Of a stretch of DNA of 54,053 nucleotides, positions 48,426 to 54,053 are shown one piece after another. The translations under genes and the position numbers were made by a program. Origin of the DNA: Dirinaria sp. TL-2023a (Eukaryota); NCBI GenBank assembly GCA_051941275.1, contig JAVEBF010000016.1, positions 1-54,053 of the forward strand. The letters are read 5' to 3'. Numbering within the stretch: position 1 is the first letter of the stretch; every line of letters starts with the position of its first letter. The notes under the pieces are model-generated. The model was not told the origin of the DNA and did not search any database. It saw only the letters and a program-made list of their open reading frames with translations.

Positions 48426-50073
48426 CGTGCTTCGTGATAGGCCGAGCGCACTATCGGTGCTCGAGGATCTTGTCTTCTTCAGGCACGAGATGGATGTAGC
48501 ATGCTATTTCCGGTCCCACCTCAAACGCAATTCTGCTCTCACAACCGCAACCGTAGGCCCGGTATCATTGAAGATCTCGAGTGGCGCCGTACTTGGTTTC
48601 ACTGCGTCCTGAGCCGATATGCTAGAATCACCTCATGATGGTCGTGCAATAGACGCAACAAGCCGAGAGCTCTGCTTTTACGTGGAGTCGCAACGGGCCG
48701 TGGCTCGTCATCGGAGACTTTTGGTGCTTTGAACACTGGTTGGTAGTGTGTCAAGTAGGTATGGCAATCACTGTAAGGTACGAGTACATGTACTTTACCT
48801 TATAATTTTTTTTTATTTTATTGTTTTTATTTTTGTTTTGACTCATTCAATGAGCCAATATTAATCCGAGGTCCGCCGGGGGGTGAGAATCCCATTTCCC
48901 CACAAGAGCTCCTCGAGCCAAGATCAAGCGAAAGCCAAGTCGTTTTAGCTGTTCTTCATGTGACTTCCTCCGTTCTTCCGAGGTTCCGATGGCACATGTA
49001 ACGTTAAAGTAAGGTAAAGTACATTGCGGAGATCGACGAGATAAGTCCTGGCTAGCGTCATGAGCGCCAAGACCAGTCGTCCAGGTAACTACAGATAGAC
49101 TTTGTAGAGCCTGGGTAGCAAATTGGAACGCTCGGGTGATCATATTAGGTGGTCCCCTAGGCGACTTTCAGTTGACCCTACCTGTAGCAGTAGCTGCGCT
49201 AGCCAGGACTTATGGCGTCGATCTCCGTACGTTGCTTTGGGTAGGTAAGGTAAGTACCGAGGTACCTAGTCATTGGAATTTCACCAATTCTTCATGCTGC
49301 CTCGGCGAAGCTCCTCATATCTGGATGCGTCCCGTCCGCGCGTTGTGCTGGCTTGAGTCATCAGAATACTGTACATGTAAATAGTGATTGGCAATCGTCG
49401 CGTCTGTCCGTCATCCACCTCCGACCCACACACGCTCGACAACCTCCGGAAGAACTCCGGTCATCCGGAACAAAAGCTTTAGTCTGCCCTCGGGATATCC
49501 CTAAGTCAACATTCATACTTACTTTACGCTTCCAACTTTCATGCACCTTTTTTTTATTCAACTGCTTCTCTTGCTCGATGGTGTGTTGAGCACAAATTGG
49601 TTGACAGACCTGACAGCCAATTCCGATAACTAGTCGAGTACGCAAGGCAATCGTACACAGGTTGATACTGCAAATGAAAGTATCGGAGAAACTAGCTGAT
49701 TCTATTGTGAATGTTACATCATGAACAGTCTTCTGCATTCCCTTACTGTATTTGTTTGATGACGATTGTAGATGAGATTGGAAAGTCTCCTTTCATAGAG
49801 CTTGTTGAGCGCATTGAAAAATGCAGTCTTCTCTTTTAGCGGGAATGGTGCTTCGCGGCAGGTGCTATCCTGTCAACACTCATACCTGTAGGGTCTCTGC
49901 GCCTCGCACACTCAAATATTAGGCTTAAGCGAGCCAAAGCTTACCTTAGGCTTCTATCAAGTTTGCCCCTTGATGTCAAGGCTCTTGCACGGGCTTACCT
50001 GCCTACCTTCAGCAGCCGTCACTACCATTAGGAGCCATTTAGAAATTCAAGTTCCACTTCGTCCTCAACCACG

Positions 50074-51427
50074 ATGGCCTATACCATCTCCCGACTTGGA
50101 GCCACGCCAAAGACCCCTAGCCATCTGGAGCAGAGCCCACGCGAGGTCATGGCACGCTCGCGTGAAAGCAGCAAAGCGTACAAGCGGTACCTTCTCTACT
50201 TTATTGCGGCTCTTGTCTCCCTGTTCTGGTTGAAGTCTTTCTTGTTCACTCCCAAACAGACGGATCGGGTCCCATTTACGCACGGTCCTGTTGAAGAGTA
50301 TAGCTTCTAAGGCGGCAAGGACCGCATTCTACTGCAATCTTGCTAACACTATTCCACAGCTTCTTCAACCATTTTGAAGGTCATCAAGAGTGTGGCATCT
50401 ACTCTACCGATCTTTACACTCCACCAATTGCTGGCAAGACAAACAACCATCTACACTACTGCCCGAACCGAGCAAAGCTTCTTACAGCGATGAGCGGTGG
50501 TGGACGTCATGGTTTCGATGCACCGTTTAGTCCAGCTGGCTGCCATTACCGTTGGTATTCGACGCCCGAAATATGCATGATACTGGAACGGTTCGATGCC
50601 ATTGTTTTCATTGGTGACGACCTAGTAAGACATATTTACGCCGCTTTCAACATGCTACTTCGGGAAAATGTAGCCATGGGTAGCCTGAGGCAGTGGGAGG
50701 TGAGCGAGGGTGATCGAGACCTTTGCAGGTGCGATAACCAGATCACAAGACCGGAATGTGCCAAGTACTCTGTCAGCGACAGTGAGGAAATCAGGAAGAA
50801 TGATCCTGGAAGTGGCCACTCAAGTCCTTATTACTGTAGCCGTACGACGTTAAGTCACTTGTATAGGGTATTAGAGGGAGGTGGCTGACAGCTTGCGTCA
50901 GGCATCCCTCACTTCTTCCTGCCCATCACGTCGTCTCCTGCCTCTGAAGAACTCCACAGTATCTTCACCGCGACTTTGGCCAAGAATTCAGACTCTTACA
51001 AGCCCGTACCGGTAATACATTCGCTCGGTCTAGCTACCTCGCTCTCGTGGCCTACGGCAACTGCATCGATGGATGAATGGGTGGCTCTGGCGGACGCATC
51101 GCAACAAAATGTCCCATTCTTGTGGCTAGGTCCAAACGCGGCAGGCCATTTAAAGCCTCCCGGACAGATTATGAGCCAAGGGAACAATGCTCTGTGGCAC
51201 TACACCATTGAAATGGCGAAAGAAGCGAGTAGCAGAGAGCTGGATGCTTTGGGCATGTACAACGTCACCCTACAAGCCGCTAGCTGGGATGGAAGTCATT
51301 ACGCTCAGAAAGTGGTTCTCGTCCAAGCTATGATGGTATGATGCCCATCTTCCTCTCAACCCGTCCTTGTCACAATTGACAATTTTGGCAGGTCATTAAT
51401 TGGCTTTCGAGGCTCGAGACGACATGA
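50074..51427 (+). CDS. Uncharacterised type II membrane protein with SGNH/PC-esterase-like motifs
   Basis: N-terminal TM helix (YLLYFIAALVSLFWL), Cys-containing lumenal domain, AIVFIGDDLVRHIY and C-terminal SWDGSHY...QAMMVINWL. Three GT-AG introns. Confidence 0.8.
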
Positions 51428-52201
51428 ATGACGTACCACGCCAGCCTCGACCCATCCTCCCGGACATGTCAATTCTTGCTTGAAGCTTCGCAGCATTTGC
51501 AGCATGGTTCCAAGCAAACTTGTACATTGCATTCCACGAAACTAGGTATAGGATTCGTGAGTAGACACATGCCTGAAGAATATATATGTAGTCCTATGGC
51601 CTTAGGTTGTGAGCGACCACTGTAAGTCCCGGGCGTCAAGCCTCTTCATTTGACGCAATCATTCAACACCACCATGCTTCAAGGGTCCAACAACGGGCTG
51701 CCACTAGGGCGAGAAGCAATTCGACTTTCGATTTGATGTCCAACGAAAAGCATTTGGTGCTACCATTGGGCGTTATAGTCTGCTAGGTTTGCATTTAGTC
51801 AGGTTAGCTTAATCGCAGATACTAAGAATCTGCATCTTGAGCTGCACTTCAAACCCTTGCAGAAGACATCCAACAACAACAACTGTCAGGTTTGCAATTG
51901 TTGCAGCAATTGCGAGAAGATTCCACACTTCGCTTATGTCATACTTGAATGTCTTGGCATTTAAGCTGTTTGAGGAGTTCGCAGCGCTTTGAGTATGATA
52001 ATAGTATCTAGATTGCGTCTTGTCGTCTCGTCACTTTGTCTCAGGATCAATGACATATCCGCGTCGTGAGACAGAATCATCATATAAAAGACCATGCATT
52101 GGTCAGAAGCAGAGTTTCGCCCCTGGAGCTGTCAACAAACATAAGAATCCTACTGCCTGCTGCAGCTTCAATAATTCCAATGCTACTCAAGCTGCACTGC
52201 C

Positions 52202-53190
52202 ATGAGCGCAAACGCAGAAAGCTGCAACGATAATCCACATCTTCGGCACAGAGCTACTGTCATGAGTACGCTACAGACTCGCACTCACCAGGCTCAGGGG
52301 CATGAAGCGGGATCCCTCCGATCCAGAGCCTCAAGCGTGGTGTCTACTGGGACTAAATTCAGCATTTCCACCCTCCCAAACGACGAGCATTTGCAAATCG
52401 ATAGTTTACTCGATAGACCCAGACATTCGATTGCATTCCGTCCGCGATCCGTATTCAGCGCCATATCATATGACCAGTCCCTCCCCCCCTACGAGCCCTA
52501 TGATGAGACACACTCCGGAGACATCGTGGCTGATATGCCCAACCATAATCATACCGAACTTAATCCAGAACTTCCTGCCGCAGCGGACGAAAGCCAGTCA
52601 TCGCCCGGATCACCGACAAGTGACCCAGAAAATGCTCTAAGCAGACACTACAGTCGCGTTGTCAGAATGATTGATCAGAATCACCTGAACCAAATGCGAC
52701 GTCTCAAAGAGGCTCACCAGGAAGAGCTCGGTGCGGTGCGGCATTCTATCGACCAGACTTATCGTAAGGAACTAAAAGCTAAGGACCATGAGGTGGAAAA
52801 AATACGCGAAGAGATTGAAAGCCTTAAAGCCACGCATGAAGCGGCTATCGCCAGTATGCAACGAGAGGTCGTGGAGCGGGAAAAACGCGTGAAGAGATGG
52901 CTGGCCTTACGGCCACGCCTGAGGCGGCTGTTGCTGGCATGCAGCGAGAAGTCGTCGAGCATTTTGAGGAACAGGTTCAAGCGCACAGGATGGCCATTGC
53001 TAAGACGTGTAACCCTATTGAAGACGTTTGGAAAACCCGTTAGAATGGCCGAATGCGCCTTGCCGATAAGACGACAAGCAAAGCAAAGTTTCAACATCAG
53101 GAGGACCTTATCTAGCTAATACAAGAAAGAGATGCTGCGGTCGCAGAACGTGGAAAGGTTATAGAAGACCGTGTCAAACAGCGGATCTAG
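52202..53190 (+). pseudogene. Coiled-coil hypothetical gene with a frameshift and premature stops in its 3' part
   Basis: The frame is intact to ~52885 (HYSRVVRMID...YRKELKAKD). An 84-bp internal duplication has lost one A in its second copy. The protein-like continuation lies in the shifted frame, with TAG at 53041, 53113 and 53188. Confidence 0.6.
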
Positions 53191-54053
53191 CAATTCAGCA
53201 TCATGCACGTATAGCATTAAGACGAGATCGAAACCCTGCTGGCATCTTTCAGCGTCTAGATCAGCAGCTCAATCACGATCAGTAGGCAAAAAGGTAAAGG
53301 ACACAACTAATCTGATGACTCTGTCAAACCTGAGAGGTTGACCTGCATTCCATATAAAGGCTAGTACGAGTACGTCATCACAGTTTGATTGCAAGAACCT
53401 TGCGACCATATTTACCGTCTTCAGGAATTCTTTTATGCAGATTCTGCTCACTATCTCCTTCGCTTCGTGATCAATATTAACTTTCTAGGTTCTATATATC
53501 CACTATCTACATACAAATCTACCTACTACACACTAACATTACTATCTGTGCTTGCACAAGCTCACTAAAAAAGTAGGAGAGGAGGATGACGCTCTCATGC
53601 ATTCATTATATTGTGGCGATCGGCTGCTTGATCTGCATACTGCGGCTTTTTGGATTCTTGAACTTCTTGTTCCAGGATATTAACTTTCATCTATATTCTA
53701 TGCTTTTATTGATTCGTCGATATACAAAGACGAGAATCAAATCAGACCAATATGAGTTCCATTATGAGCATCAAAGCTTCTTGACAGCTTTTGAGCTTTG
53801 GATCGTTCTATGACACGCACTTTCGTTTCAACCTCGTACCGTGCTATATGAGTCTACAATATCGGCTGTCTTTTCTAAAAGGCCTAATTATCCTCATGTT
53901 CGACTACGCTACGGCTGGGCTCTTAAACCTAGAGAGGTGTCTGGCAGAGAACCTATAAGTTTATGGCACTCGCTGTTCATGCACATGAATCATCTGGCCG
54001 AGAGGCTTCTCTAACCCCAACCATTACGCTTGCTTGAAATCCCCGATGTACCC

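Noticed and set aside
52874..52890. Programmed -1 ribosomal frameshift at GGGAAAAAC
   Set aside because: Not an X XXY YYZ heptamer in the translated frame, and the downstream frame has stops; a simple deletion is more parsimonious.
53586..53813. 75-aa hydrophobic ORF near the window end
   Set aside because: No recognisable homology, and the T-rich composition explains the hydrophobicity.

Overview
Gene-dense, intron-containing DNA from a filamentous ascomycete (Pezizomycotina; the organism cannot be fixed from sequence alone). Bases ~1-1.9 kb are a small transposon island. It holds a ~460-bp miniature LTR element (742-1200, minus strand), part of a second inverted copy (1-241), and a TA-flanked, internally deleted pogo/Fot1-like DNA transposon (1212-1651), all set in AT-rich DNA almost devoid of CC/GG. 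The rest is mostly housekeeping genes: a LaeA-like methyltransferase, FBP1, a Pho85 cyclin, AHA1, a GPI-type S10 carboxypeptidase, VCX1, peroxisomal thiolase, epsin, DPL1, MRPL33, SEC6, RRP12, a TMEM115-like protein, a SIF2/TBL1-like protein, a pyruvate dehydrogenase kinase and several uncharacterised proteins. The best novelty candidate is the miniature LTR element, which combines three things: a Tf1-type self-priming PBS, a split tRNA-like Pol III A-box/B-box, and an RNA scaffold whose stems are conserved while the loops vary between copies. Other signals are CpC-biased RIP-like mutation, a pervasive intergenic TAAGGTA/TACCTTA motif, two genes interrupted by in-frame TAG codons, a GC-AG intron and an ATG-only coding exon. 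Gene identities rest on recognising the translations and exon boundaries were read by eye; no searches were run.
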